From sequence record PP456879.1: a DNA stretch of 64,000 bases, one strand, 5' to 3'. The notes below the pieces were generated by a model. It had not been told where the DNA came from. It ran no database searches and saw only the letters and a list, made by a program, of their open reading frames with translations. A program made the position numbers and the translations under genes. How positions within the stretch are numbered: position 1 is the stretch's first letter; every line of letters begins with the position of its first letter. Below, in pieces: positions 27,173 through 36,492 of this stretch.

Positions 27173-27349
27173 TTAATTATTAAAAGATAAATCATAATCA
27201 CTTTGTCTGCGATTCGGATTAACAGGATCAGGATATTTTCCAGTTTTGATAACTTCTTTTATAGCTCTAAAATCACGTTCTAGAAAATCTAGTTTTTTAA
27301 CTAACTCTTTTTCTAATTCTTTATTGAGTAGTCTTCTTAATTTGCTCAT
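27173..27349 (-). CDS. 58-aa coiled-coil protein (not in ORF track)
   Basis: MSKLRRLLNKELEKELVKKLDFLERDFRAIKEVIKTGKYPDPVNPNRRQSDYDLSFNN*; overlaps the end of 27321..27716. Confidence 0.62.
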   Translation of the reverse strand: MSKLRRLLNKELEKELVKKLDFLERDFRAIKEVIKTGKYPDPVNPNRRQSDYDLSFNN

Positions 27350-27716
27350 CTACGTATACTCTCACAATGAACCAATTGATTAGGCCAAAACCTTTTGGTG
27401 TGATGGTAATGTCATCTTTATATCCATTTTTAGTGATTACATTACGTAATACTTTAATTGCTTCAGGTGGAATAAGATTAGCATTACCGGTAACACTATA
27501 CTCGAAATAATAACCTACACCTGGTAAATAACCTGATGCAATCTGGTTAGTACCTGTGATATTACTAACGTGTTGGAAGTCACTAAAAGCATTCTTGTAG
27601 AATAACAAAATATTAGGAATTACTTCATCCCTAATAGTAGAACTAGTAATGGCATCCGCCGATGGAAAATAAGGTACTAATTCATCTGTTACATTGGTGC
27701 TATTAATATCGGACAT
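27321..27716 (-). CDS. hypothetical early protein
   Basis: 131 aa, SD GAGGA, first gene after the 27763 promoter. Confidence 0.75.
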   Translation of the reverse strand: MSDINSTNVTDELVPYFPSADAITSSTIRDEVIPNILLFYKNAFSDFQHVSNITGTNQIASGYLPGVGYYFEYSVTGNANLIPPEAIKVLRNVITKNGYKDDITITPKGFGLINWFIVRVYVDEQIKKTTQ

Positions 27717-27762
27717 AATCTTTTCCTCATTATAAAAGGATAAATATCTTTATGGTAATCCT

Positions 27763-27786
27763 GTAATATAGATTTAAATTAATTTA
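27763..27786 (-). promoter_or_regulatory. phiKZ-type early promoter
   Basis: TAAATTAATTTAAATC-TATATTAC. Confidence 0.78.
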
Positions 27787-27799
27787 TAATGAATGGCAT

Positions 27800-27824
27800 A
27801 AAGGAGCCCCTGGTGGGCTCCTTT
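27800..27824. terminator. terminator-like hairpin
   Basis: AAAGGAGCCC-loop-GGGCTCCTTT; no annotated gene ends here on either strand. Confidence 0.6.
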
Positions 27825-27836
27825 AATGTAATAGGT

Positions 27837-28000
27837 CCGACCCCTATCTAGAGGTCGGTGAGTAGCAAGGCACCGTAGTTGGGGTTCGTGTCGTTCCTGA
27901 CGATACTTTAGTACCCCGGTTTATTTACGACTGGATCACCCCCTTAAAGTGCAGTGCGTTTTACGCAAACTGCCTTGCTCTATATCATTGCACTGTGCGT
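27837..28000. ncRNA. candidate structured non-coding RNA (multi-helix, possible pseudoknot)
   Basis: ORF-free, GC-enriched island. Helices: AGCAAGGCA 27864-72 / TGCCTTGCT 27971-79; AGTGCAGTG 27948-56 / CATTGCACT 27986-94; CCGACC..GGTCGG; GGGG..CCCC; GTGTCGT/ACGATAC; CCGGT/ACTGG; GCAGT-GCGT/ACGC-ACTGC. Confidence 0.5.
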
Positions 28001-28066
28001 ATTTTTATTCGTTAGCTAATCTTATGACTTAGAGTTATATTTACATACCCCTTAAGGAAAAATGCA

Positions 28067-30178
28067 ATGATAGACTCATTTAGGAAGCTAATGGGCTCGC
28101 TATCAATTACTGAAACTGATCAAGAAATTATCATCAGTGGTTTTGATGGTGCTGCATTCATTAGAGATATTAACAAGTATTGGCGAACCACTAAATTAGC
28201 TACGCAGTTATTTAACACGGTTAGTCGTCGTAGTATTTCATTTTATAAATTCTTTGCTCCTGAAATATATTACATGCTAGAAGCAGTAAAGAATTATAGA
28301 AGTAGATACATCTCTATTAAAACTGTTAATGCCATCCGTGAAGCAATGCTTCAATATACCTGGTTAAAAAATACTCGTCCTGTAGATACCAACTCTGTAC
28401 CAGGTAGACTCAATTTCAAGATGTTAGACAAATTGACATTTACACCAGATGAGTCTCAAAAAGCTTATTTTGAAAATTATAATTATCGAATTGACCAGTA
28501 TGGTTTACGTGGTGATATTGTTGCAGGTAAACCTGGTACTGGTAAGACATTCATGACGATGGCTATTGCTGAAATGGTTGAGTCGGATATCATTATAGTT
28601 GTTTGTGAAAAGAAGTCTATTGATCTAATATGGAAGCCATCTATTATTGAGATGTATAAGGAAAGACAAAAAGTATGGTCGACCATTGATGATAAAGCCT
28701 ACAACGGTCAAAGAATACTTATATCCCATTACCAGGCGCAAGATAAAATAATTGATCTATTAAGAAGCGGTATATTCAAAGGTAAGAACATTACGGTGAT
28801 TCTGGATGAATCACACAATATGAACGATCCTAATTCTGCACAATCTCTTAAGTTCCAGCAAATATGTTTTATGTCTAACTCTAATAACAGATTATTAGCG
28901 TCAGGTACCCCTGTTAAAGCACTTGGTTCTGAATTAGTAAGTGCATTAAGAGTATTAGACGATCTCTTCACCAATGAGGTTGAAGAACGTTTTAAGAAAG
29001 CATTTGGAAAAGAGACACAGAAAGGATTAGATATTGTCCAACATCGCTTTGGGTTAATTGCGTACGTCATTGAAAAGAAAGATACTGAGGTTTTACCACC
29101 GAGGATAAAAGCGTATCGTATCAAGATACCAAATGGATCACAGTATACTCTTAATGCCATTAAACGTGATTGTGAAGCTTTTATTAGAGAACGTGTAAAG
29201 TTCTATGCTGCGCGCCGACCAGAAGATGAGAAGTATTGGGCTAAACTAATGGCGATACACGAGAACTCTCTTAAGACCCAGGCGCAGAAAGATGGTTTCG
29301 CTCGCTATAAGAATTTGATTAAAATAATTCAGAAGAATCAAGACCCGCGATACATTGGTGAAGAAATTAAAGAATCTAACCAATATGAAAAAATGTTTAT
29401 AGAGCCAACTTTACCTCGTAATGAAATAGCTGCTTTTAGAGATATTAAATCAGTTATAAAATACGTTATGCTAAAGATACAAGGTGAATGTTTGGGAAGG
29501 GTTTTAGGTGCTAAACGCATTCAGTGCCATGTGGACATGGTACCGTATATTGACTGGGTTGGTATCACTGAATCAACTATGAAGAAAACGATTGCATTTA
29601 CATCGTTTGTTGAGGTTGTTGATACTGTTGATAAGTACACCAATAAATTAGGTATGCATCCGGCGGTGGTGTATGGTAAAACCAATGACAATTTACCTCA
29701 AATAATCAGTAGATTTGAGAAAGACCCTAAATTAAATCCATTGGTAGCTACATATGCTTCCCTTTCAACAGCGGTCCGTATGACGATGGCTGATACTATG
29801 GTGACAATTAATTCACCGTTTAGGCATTACATTCTAGAACAAGCTATTGCTCGAATTTACCGTAAAGGTCAGGATTCACAAACAGTCGTATATCAATGTA
29901 CTCTCGATACAGAAGATGAACCGAATATCTCAACAAGGTCAGATGACATTCTAAAATGGAGTCAGGCAATGGTTGAAGCTATTATGGGTATTAAATCTCC
30001 ATTTGAGATCACAGAGTCATTAGAAAGTTATGTTGATAAAAATAATAATTTTGATGAAAATAAAATCATTTATCAGATGCTAAAAGAATCATTTGAGAAG
30101 TATGATATCGCAATTGATTTTAATGACTTTGATACACGTATGTATAAACCATATCAGCCCGCATATATGCGGTTTTAA
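28067..30178 (+). CDS. SF2 (DEAD/SNF2-like) helicase, phiKZ gp203-like
   Basis: GKPGTGKT, ILDESH, ASGTP, STAVRMT, QAIARIYRKGQ; SD AAGGA. Confidence 0.9.
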   Translation: MIDSFRKLMGSLSITETDQEIIISGFDGAAFIRDINKYWRTTKLATQLFNTVSRRSISFYKFFAPEIYYMLEAVKNYRSRYISIKTVNAIREAMLQYTWLKNTRPVDTNSVPGRLNFKMLDKLTFTPDESQKAYFENYNYRIDQYGLRGDIVAGKPGTGKTFMTMAIAEMVESDIIIVVCEKKSIDLIWKPSIIEMYKERQKVWSTIDDKAYNGQRILISHYQAQDKIIDLLRSGIFKGKNITVILDESHNMNDPNSAQSLKFQQICFMSNSNNRLLASGTPVKALGSELVSALRVLDDLFTNEVEERFKKAFGKETQKGLDIVQHRFGLIAYVIEKKDTEVLPPRIKAYRIKIPNGSQYTLNAIKRDCEAFIRERVKFYAARRPEDEKYWAKLMAIHENSLKTQAQKDGFARYKNLIKIIQKNQDPRYIGEEIKESNQYEKMFIEPTLPRNEIAAFRDIKSVIKYVMLKIQGECLGRVLGAKRIQCHVDMVPYIDWVGITESTMKKTIAFTSFVEVVDTVDKYTNKLGMHPAVVYGKTNDNLPQIISRFEKDPKLNPLVATYASLSTAVRMTMADTMVTINSPFRHYILEQAIARIYRKGQDSQTVVYQCTLDTEDEPNISTRSDDILKWSQAMVEAIMGIKSPFEITESLESYVDKNNNFDENKIIYQMLKESFEKYDIAIDFNDFDTRMYKPYQPAYMRF

Positions 30179-30189
30179 AGGAGACAGAA

Positions 30190-30660
30190 ATGTCTGATCC
30201 ACATTCATCTAATACTGGTGAAGATCTTATTCTTGGGCCTGAAGCCACCAGTGAAGAAATGTATAATGCGATTTTAAGGTGGGTTGACAAAGTAACAACC
30301 ATCCTAGAATCTGGTGGTGGCCCTGGTCCAGGTCCTAGTACTGGTTTAAAACCAATTCTATTTCAAACTGGTACATTAAACCCAGGAGATGTAGTTACTT
30401 ATGATCTTTCCAAAGTTATTACTTCTATGGGTGATTATACTCTGGCTACAGCCATCGTTGATCTCAAGATTATCGACCCTGAAACTACTAGTCCTACTAG
30501 TGGTAAGCTTATTAGCGCTTCTGCTAGTATTGGTTGGGATCTCGATTCATCTACAGGGATTTTAAATATCCGTGGGTATAGCCTGTCTGTACCAATCACT
30601 TATTATATTCGAGTTGACTCACCTATTAAGACGGCTGATATTCCCGTGTATACCCCGTAA
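30190..30660 (+). CDS. probable virion structural protein
   Basis: SD AGGAG; GGGPGPGP linker followed by a beta-rich domain; in an operon with the helicase. Confidence 0.6.
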   Translation: MSDPHSSNTGEDLILGPEATSEEMYNAILRWVDKVTTILESGGGPGPGPSTGLKPILFQTGTLNPGDVVTYDLSKVITSMGDYTLATAIVDLKIIDPETTSPTSGKLISASASIGWDLDSSTGILNIRGYSLSVPITYYIRVDSPIKTADIPVYTP

Positions 30661-30670
30661 GGAGTGAGAA

Positions 30671-32620
30671 ATGCCTTCTATTGTCCCGTCGCAAGTGCCG
30701 GGTCCTGTGGCACTAAACTCTAAAGTTAAATTTAACTTTAGTTCAGATATTCAGAAGGTGTATTATACAGTGAGCCCGGAGTTACCTCCGGTGCTCTCTG
30801 AATACATTGCTTATGATGGTGACCCTGCAACAGGTGGTAGTCCATTTATTGCTGTTGTGCAAGATGGCACTGGTAATGTTCTTTATGATTGTAGTTTTCC
30901 AAAATTCTATAATTTAAACTATGATACTTACCAAATTCCGGCTAATACAACAAACCCTCAGGATTTATGGGGATGGGTAAGATATTTTTATAACGCTATT
31001 GGGTTTATTAGGAATGGCAGTAAGTACGAATCAACTGGAAAGAAATTCTTAGTAATCACAGATAGTAATCCTAGTGAACCTTATTCAGTCCTCAATACGT
31101 CAGGTAATGGTTTTAAAAAGATACTAGATACGGCTGCTCGTGTACAAGATTCTACCTATGATGTTTATTACCCAGAAATGATGGGTGGCACAGTAGACCT
31201 TACTTTAACAGATCTTAATAAGTATTATGCATGTATTCTATTCTCTACTAAAGATCATAATACTGGTGCATTAACTCCTGAAAGAGTGAGTCAGGCGACT
31301 ATTGATAATCTAGCTACTTGGCGTAAATCGGGTAATGGTATCTTTGTTATAACTGATTCTGCTTCAAGAGATTACATTAATATTGAAGATGCTAAAGAAA
31401 ATAATGGTAGTTTTGCATTTACCGCTAATAGACTAGCCTTTAATTTTGGTTCTTATTTCTCTGGTGTTGTTGATAGGTCAGATGTTCAATATACTGTAAA
31501 TCAGATGCTAAGCTGGTCACCAAAAGCTGCATCATCTGGTTTGTTTACAGGTATGAATAAATCTATTGGTAATGGTCAAGTAACTGACTTTGTTATCAAA
31601 GGTGATTCAAGTGAAAGTGAGATTAAGCTTGTTACTTTCCCAGCGTATAACAAAGAAGATATTCCTGAATTTACCTTCGATCATACTGGCGAGTACATTT
31701 ACAATTTTCTGTGTACGACATCTGAAAATCCTAATAAACCGTATGCTATTTCATTTAGATTCCAAGTTGGTGTAGATGATGGTATCTTTGTTGCACGTGA
31801 TAATGGCCAAGCTATTGATACTACTCAGATACTAACAGCTAAGCGTTATTTTGATCTTAATCTAGGTTACTCAAATGGTACTGACCATCAGGATTATCTA
31901 GGCGATATTCAAATAAATGGCTATTTAGTTGGATCATTCTTATTTAGTCAGGGCATTACTCAGTGGGATCTGATAACTCATGGATCAACTCTTTTAATCC
32001 ATGATAATGATCAGATACGTATTAACGTACGTGTACCTTATACTTACACAATGCAGCATCAAGTGGTACTTAGTTCAAAACCTGCTTCTCTTTATAATGA
32101 AGCATCCCTTATAGGTACAATGGCATGGGATGATTATAAAGGGATAAGTAAAGCTAAAATTTATGAATATATTAATCTTAGCATGACCAAGTATATGTAT
32201 CGTGTAGCGAATGCATATAAGAATAACATTAATATAAAACCAATAGTATTGACTGCATTACGCCGTACATTCCTTGGTGAGACATTAAATACAGCTAATG
32301 TATATGTTTATGATAATAACTCCACATGGGGTAAACTATCACAACGTGTCCAGAACGGACGACATGGTGATATTGTTATCTTTGCAGATACTTCTAAAGT
32401 TGTCCAGTATGATGAACTGGCTTCAACACCTGGCTGGTATGTAATGAAAGATCCAGGATTAGCTGATGTAACAGTAGCTAAACTAGTTCCATTCTTTGGA
32501 AATAACCGAGCTATTAAAAATAGGTTAAAGACTGGTGACATTCTTGATGAGACCACTGGTCAACCAATTTCTTTCCATGCTAATTGGAAAATAGAAAATG
32601 ATAAACTTGTAAAAGTTTAA
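30671..32620 (+). CDS. probable virion structural (tail-fibre/baseplate-associated) protein
   Basis: 649 aa, SD AAGGAG; beta-rich, with a central alpha/beta segment (LVITDS...ILFST...GNGIFVITD) of class I GATase-like pattern. Confidence 0.6.
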   Translation: MPSIVPSQVPGPVALNSKVKFNFSSDIQKVYYTVSPELPPVLSEYIAYDGDPATGGSPFIAVVQDGTGNVLYDCSFPKFYNLNYDTYQIPANTTNPQDLWGWVRYFYNAIGFIRNGSKYESTGKKFLVITDSNPSEPYSVLNTSGNGFKKILDTAARVQDSTYDVYYPEMMGGTVDLTLTDLNKYYACILFSTKDHNTGALTPERVSQATIDNLATWRKSGNGIFVITDSASRDYINIEDAKENNGSFAFTANRLAFNFGSYFSGVVDRSDVQYTVNQMLSWSPKAASSGLFTGMNKSIGNGQVTDFVIKGDSSESEIKLVTFPAYNKEDIPEFTFDHTGEYIYNFLCTTSENPNKPYAISFRFQVGVDDGIFVARDNGQAIDTTQILTAKRYFDLNLGYSNGTDHQDYLGDIQINGYLVGSFLFSQGITQWDLITHGSTLLIHDNDQIRINVRVPYTYTMQHQVVLSSKPASLYNEASLIGTMAWDDYKGISKAKIYEYINLSMTKYMYRVANAYKNNINIKPIVLTALRRTFLGETLNTANVYVYDNNSTWGKLSQRVQNGRHGDIVIFADTSKVVQYDELASTPGWYVMKDPGLADVTVAKLVPFFGNNRAIKNRLKTGDILDETTGQPISFHANWKIENDKLVKV

Positions 32621-32628
32621 CGGCATAA

Positions 32629-32649
32629 GCCCTCCCGCAATGGGAGGGC
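32629..32649. terminator. bidirectional terminator between convergent genes
   Basis: GCCCTCCC-GCAAT-GGGAGGGC with CATAA/TTATG extensions. Confidence 0.8.
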
Positions 32650-32660
32650 ATTATGTTGTT

Positions 32661-33320
32661 TTAACCACGCGTTATATTAAATAACCGTCTTTTCTGATCA
32701 AGTAATAAAATAGCGCTTGTGGTAATTTTAATGTTAAACCTACGTTTAGCTAAACTCTGAGCTACTAGTTCAATAGCATCAACTAGATCGATTGATTCTA
32801 TATCACCTGTATTTTTAGATTTACTAATTGGTTTACTAAGAATTTTCCATCCCTTAGTAAAATTACTAGCTGATGGCTTTTGACCTATCTTGCTACGAAA
32901 AAATAGTCCAACTAATTTACTAGCCAGTTCACGTGGATCATTAAAATCTGCTTCTGGTGAATGTAAGGTAATATTACTGTTTGCCAGGAATTCATGGTTC
33001 TCCGCACGATCCTCGATAGTTTTAGCACGTGGATCAAAATCCCAACAATTAACAGTTATATTTACGTCATTACCATTACGACGTAGATCAATACATCTAA
33101 CGAAATCAGTCATGTCAAACTTACGTTCAACATCACGCATGTCATTAGCAATCTTCTCTAATTCATCGTTATCAGTAATACCAACTTGCTTAGTAATATC
33201 AAAAGTCAAATCGGCTAAAACGGATTGAGGAAAACTGGTTGCGATCAGCAAACGCAGTACGATTTCTGGACGACTTTTTCTATATTTGTCGCCTGACATC
33301 TTCTCAAAGGTGTTAGTCAT
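32661..33320 (-). CDS. hypothetical protein
   Basis: 219-aa ORF. Confidence 0.75.
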   Translation of the reverse strand: MTNTFEKMSGDKYRKSRPEIVLRLLIATSFPQSVLADLTFDITKQVGITDNDELEKIANDMRDVERKFDMTDFVRCIDLRRNGNDVNITVNCWDFDPRAKTIEDRAENHEFLANSNITLHSPEADFNDPRELASKLVGLFFRSKIGQKPSASNFTKGWKILSKPISKSKNTGDIESIDLVDAIELVAQSLAKRRFNIKITTSAILLLDQKRRLFNITRG

Positions 33321-33339
33321 GATGGCTATCCCAAAAAGG

Positions 33340-33771
33340 TTAGTTCACACCATTTAAACGCTCCCAGTCATCTAGAGTTGCACGAGCATCAAATAGTGCG
33401 TTGTGAAGCATTTTAGAACCTTTTCCACTTAGCTCATGATTTAATTCAAATATAGTTGGTAACTCAACAACTTGTTTACCTTTACCCATATCCATAGCTT
33501 TACCAGTGTAAACCATATCGTTAACATGATTAGCTATAAAATGTAATCGAGCAAACTGACCAAGAAACTTGGCTAGTCTATCATGGAATTCTTCTAAAGA
33601 GATTGGTTCTTTTTGAAGAATAGGAATAACGTTTTCTTTAACCCATTCATCTTCAATATTGTCATATGGTAGAACTTCGTAGAATTCACAACGTCGATCT
33701 TCACTAACAATACCGAGTGAAATAAGAGTACCAGTAGGCGTATCAAATTCTGTATCAACAAAAAGTAACAT
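33340..33771 (-). CDS. DEDDh 3'-5' exoribonuclease (Rv2179c/RNase AS-like)
   Basis: LFVDTEF, LISLGIVSED, EFYEVL, WVKENVIPIL, HNALFDARA. Confidence 0.85.
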   Translation of the reverse strand: MLLFVDTEFDTPTGTLISLGIVSEDRRCEFYEVLPYDNIEDEWVKENVIPILQKEPISLEEFHDRLAKFLGQFARLHFIANHVNDMVYTGKAMDMGKGKQVVELPTIFELNHELSGKGSKMLHNALFDARATLDDWERLNGVN

Positions 33772-33861
33772 AGTAGTTTTCCTTATACGAAAGTCTTATC
33801 ATAACAATAATGCACTTACGTCAAAAAGAGAGAACCATGGCGGTTCTCTCCTATAAAAGTA

Positions 33862-34350
33862 TTAGACTTTTAGTCCACGAATATTGAAGATTATTTGACA
33901 AGCTGCAATTATTCTATTTCTAGAAATCTTTACAGGAATTTTATAGTGATTGAGTACAGCTTTAGGATTCTCAACACTCATCAATTCTTTAAGTAATTCG
34001 TCGCTAATTTTATTATGTGTCAGGACAAAGGTTGCGACATCGTGGTCCCAGCATCGTTTTATTGCACTACAAGCACGAATATACTTCTCAGCTAATTCGG
34101 GGCTAAAATCTAATGCTTCTAGCCATTTCTTACGACCAGCAGTGTAAATCACTCGTGTACGAGTATTCGATGGGACAGCTACAATGTAGCCTGTACCTGG
34201 TGTCCTACGCTCTTCAATAGGTCTGATATTCCAATCACCAATCGTCCTAATTAGTGTAGATAAATCATCATTAGCACCATAGTAGCCAATAGGTAAACCT
34301 AAACTTACTTGTGTATCTATTTGGTCTACAGTTTGATGTGTAATAACCAT
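33862..34350 (-). CDS. hypothetical protein
   Basis: 162-aa ORF followed by a hairpin at about 33825..33850. Confidence 0.72.
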   Translation of the reverse strand: MVITHQTVDQIDTQVSLGLPIGYYGANDDLSTLIRTIGDWNIRPIEERRTPGTGYIVAVPSNTRTRVIYTAGRKKWLEALDFSPELAEKYIRACSAIKRCWDHDVATFVLTHNKISDELLKELMSVENPKAVLNHYKIPVKISRNRIIAACQIIFNIRGLKV

Positions 34351-34459
34351 TGTAGTTCTCTTCCCAATAGGGTTTTATAAACTTCCACAAGACTAAACTC
34401 CATTATAGCCCTATCAGATTGGGTAATAAAACTTAATAAAAAAAAATATTAAACATAAA

Positions 34460-34481
34460 ACCCTCTCCCGAAGGAGAGGGT
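34460..34481 (-). terminator. intrinsic terminator, UUCG loop
   Basis: ACCCTCTCC-TTCG-GGAGAGGGT followed by TTTATGTTT. Confidence 0.82.
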
Positions 34482-34492
34482 AATATATAACT

Positions 34493-34855
34493 TTATCCAT
34501 ACATTACGAAAGGTACTTCGTAAACAATTAGATAAGTATACATCAGTTTAAAACCAATGTGTAACCACTGATCTTGATTAAATGTAATTTTATTATCACA
34601 TTTTAAATAATCAATAATGCAATGAGCAATTGCTTCAATAAGTCCTAAAACTAATGAACCAGTGATGAAATAAACTGCACCGCCATGCATAAAACTATGC
34701 GCGGGTAATACCCATTTCCAGTATAGCGAACCTAGTTCAGTAGTATGATTTTTAGCCTTTGCAATGAAATCATTTTGCAATGAAAAATCAAAGATGAAGT
34801 GTGCCACAATTAAACCAAAGAATAATGCCATTGAGCTGACACTGATTAATTCCAT
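34493..34855 (-). CDS. DUF3307-like integral membrane protein
   Basis: LIVAHFIFDFSLQ...AKAK, H...H, HCIIDYLK, DQWLH. Confidence 0.82.
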   Translation of the reverse strand: MELISVSSMALFFGLIVAHFIFDFSLQNDFIAKAKNHTTELGSLYWKWVLPAHSFMHGGAVYFITGSLVLGLIEAIAHCIIDYLKCDNKITFNQDQWLHIGFKLMYTYLIVYEVPFVMYG

Positions 34856-34866
34856 TTTATTTCCGC

Positions 34867-35268
34867 CTAGAAAGGTATCTCATCTTCAACAATGTGTGAA
34901 TAGTCGATATTATGTTTTTCACATAATTCTTTAAATTTATCTATTTTGGTTATAGCCTCTAATAGATCAGAATGTAATTTATTTTTATAATTCTTACCAA
35001 AATCAGCAGGGTCAAATACAGATTTATAGTAGGTATATATTTCAGAATATTCTTTCTTTAAAAGATCGATAACTACTGGATCATTGCCATCACCAAGATA
35101 ACTAATCAGATGACATAAATCATAGTTTTGACGGCGAGCTGCTTTTAAGATAAGTTCATTAATTTCAATTAATTCAGACTTATTACATCGCCTTCTTTTT
35201 ATATATCGAATGATTTTATTAAATATCATATTAAGTGATTCCCAACCATTGTAGATAACCACTATCAC
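34867..35268 (-). CDS. hypothetical protein
   Basis: 133-aa ORF; start uncertain. Confidence 0.65.
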   Translation of the reverse strand: MIVVIYNGWESLNMIFNKIIRYIKRRRCNKSELIEINELILKAARRQNYDLCHLISYLGDGNDPVVIDLLKKEYSEIYTYYKSVFDPADFGKNYKNKLHSDLLEAITKIDKFKELCEKHNIDYSHIVEDEIPF

Positions 35269-35605
35269 TTAATCCACGATAATAATCATCTTTATTTTTA
35301 CGTAAATAACAATAAACTATTTTACCCATTAATTGATAGTTAGCTTCATTATCAAAGGTAAATTCTTTTTCTAATCTATTATTACTATCCACTAATGAGA
35401 TTACTACATTACCGTAACGTACTGTTAATTTAACTGTACGAGTAGAGTCGGTATCATGAAAGATATAAGTCAACCCATAATTCAACTCATTATTTAATAC
35501 TTGAATACTAGTAGATCTATTAGATTTAATCTGAAGTGGATGCTCAACAATCGCCTTGAATGCTTTATTGCATAAGAGAATATTTTGTATTTTTAATGAA
35601 TCCAT
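35231..35605 (-). CDS. hypothetical protein
   Basis: 124 aa, SD AGGT. Confidence 0.7.
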   Translation of the reverse strand: MDSLKIQNILLCNKAFKAIVEHPLQIKSNRSTSIQVLNNELNYGLTYIFHDTDSTRTVKLTVRYGNVVISLVDSNNRLEKEFTFDNEANYQLMGKIVYCYLRKNKDDYYRGLSDSGYLQWLGIT

Positions 35606-35760
35606 GACATTACCTGACTTTGTATTTATAATTTACCTATATCAAATTAGAAGTAGGCAATAATGAGCTGACCCAGTAGTCTTCAATCTCAGCCTAATTG
35701 GATCAGTGTTTAGACTGAGATTGAATATTAAGCTGTAGTGGTACTTTAATCAATGATGTA

Positions 35761-36117
35761 TTATGGATTTCCGGCAAGCCAGCTTACTGCACATATTGCT
35801 GCCTCATCAAATTGATTCAATGAGAATTTGGTTATCCGAACAGCCTGTGCCATATTAAGAACTTTAAATTCACTATCACCAGACTCAATATGAGATATCA
35901 TGCCAAGATGATCATTGCTGGTATCATAAACTGCAATGCGGATATCCTTGCCTCTCTCAACCACATATGCAATAGATCGTTTTGTTACAGGGTTATCGAT
36001 GACATTAACTGTTTCACGCAATGTAGCGTCAATCCGGGATGCATTAATATGAATGCTAATTGCATTCAGCAAATGATGCTCAATCTGTCGCCCTGTTTCA
36101 AGAGTTAGAGAACCCAT
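35761..36117 (-). CDS. hypothetical protein
   Basis: 118 aa, SD AGGAG. Confidence 0.75.
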   Translation of the reverse strand: MGSLTLETGRQIEHHLLNAISIHINASRIDATLRETVNVIDNPVTKRSIAYVVERGKDIRIAVYDTSNDHLGMISHIESGDSEFKVLNMAQAVRITKFSLNQFDEAAICAVSWLAGNP

Positions 36118-36129
36118 TATAATCTCCTT

Positions 36130-36492
36130 TTAGAATCCAAGATAATCAAAGAATCCATGGTAATCGAATGTGCGTGTTGGGATACTTGTATCCGAAAAGA
36201 ACGTATTTATTTGTTTGGCTAATTCAGTGTAGTAATGTGAATTATATTTGTTGATCTTAGTAACCATCTTCTCATCAAAGAGATAGGTTACACGCATATT
36301 CAGTGGTTTAACTACATTGATCTCAATAACTACCTTACGAACCATATCCTCAGATAAGAGTATACACTTAGCGTCACATGGTGAAACCTCTATTTTAATA
36401 CCTACACAAGGCTTGAGGTTATCGTGATATTTCGTGAGTTCCTCTAATACAGCATCCATAGTTTGGATGAGCTTTATATTGGTGATGTTCAT
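36130..36492 (-). CDS. hypothetical protein
   Basis: 120 aa, TAATG-coupled. Confidence 0.72.
   Translation of the reverse strand: MNITNIKLIQTMDAVLEELTKYHDNLKPCVGIKIEVSPCDAKCILLSEDMVRKVVIEINVVKPLNMRVTYLFDEKMVTKINKYNSHYYTELAKQINTFFSDTSIPTRTFDYHGFFDYLGF

Noticed and set aside
27897-27903. CTGACGA hammerhead-like core in the ncRNA candidate
   Set aside because: No GAAA after a stem II and no matching stem I/III; not a hammerhead
34480-34487. TATATTAC at the 5' arm of a terminator (also an intragenic copy at 14343)
   Set aside because: Lacks the upstream T-tract/GAGAT element shared by the real promoters and runs straight into a terminator
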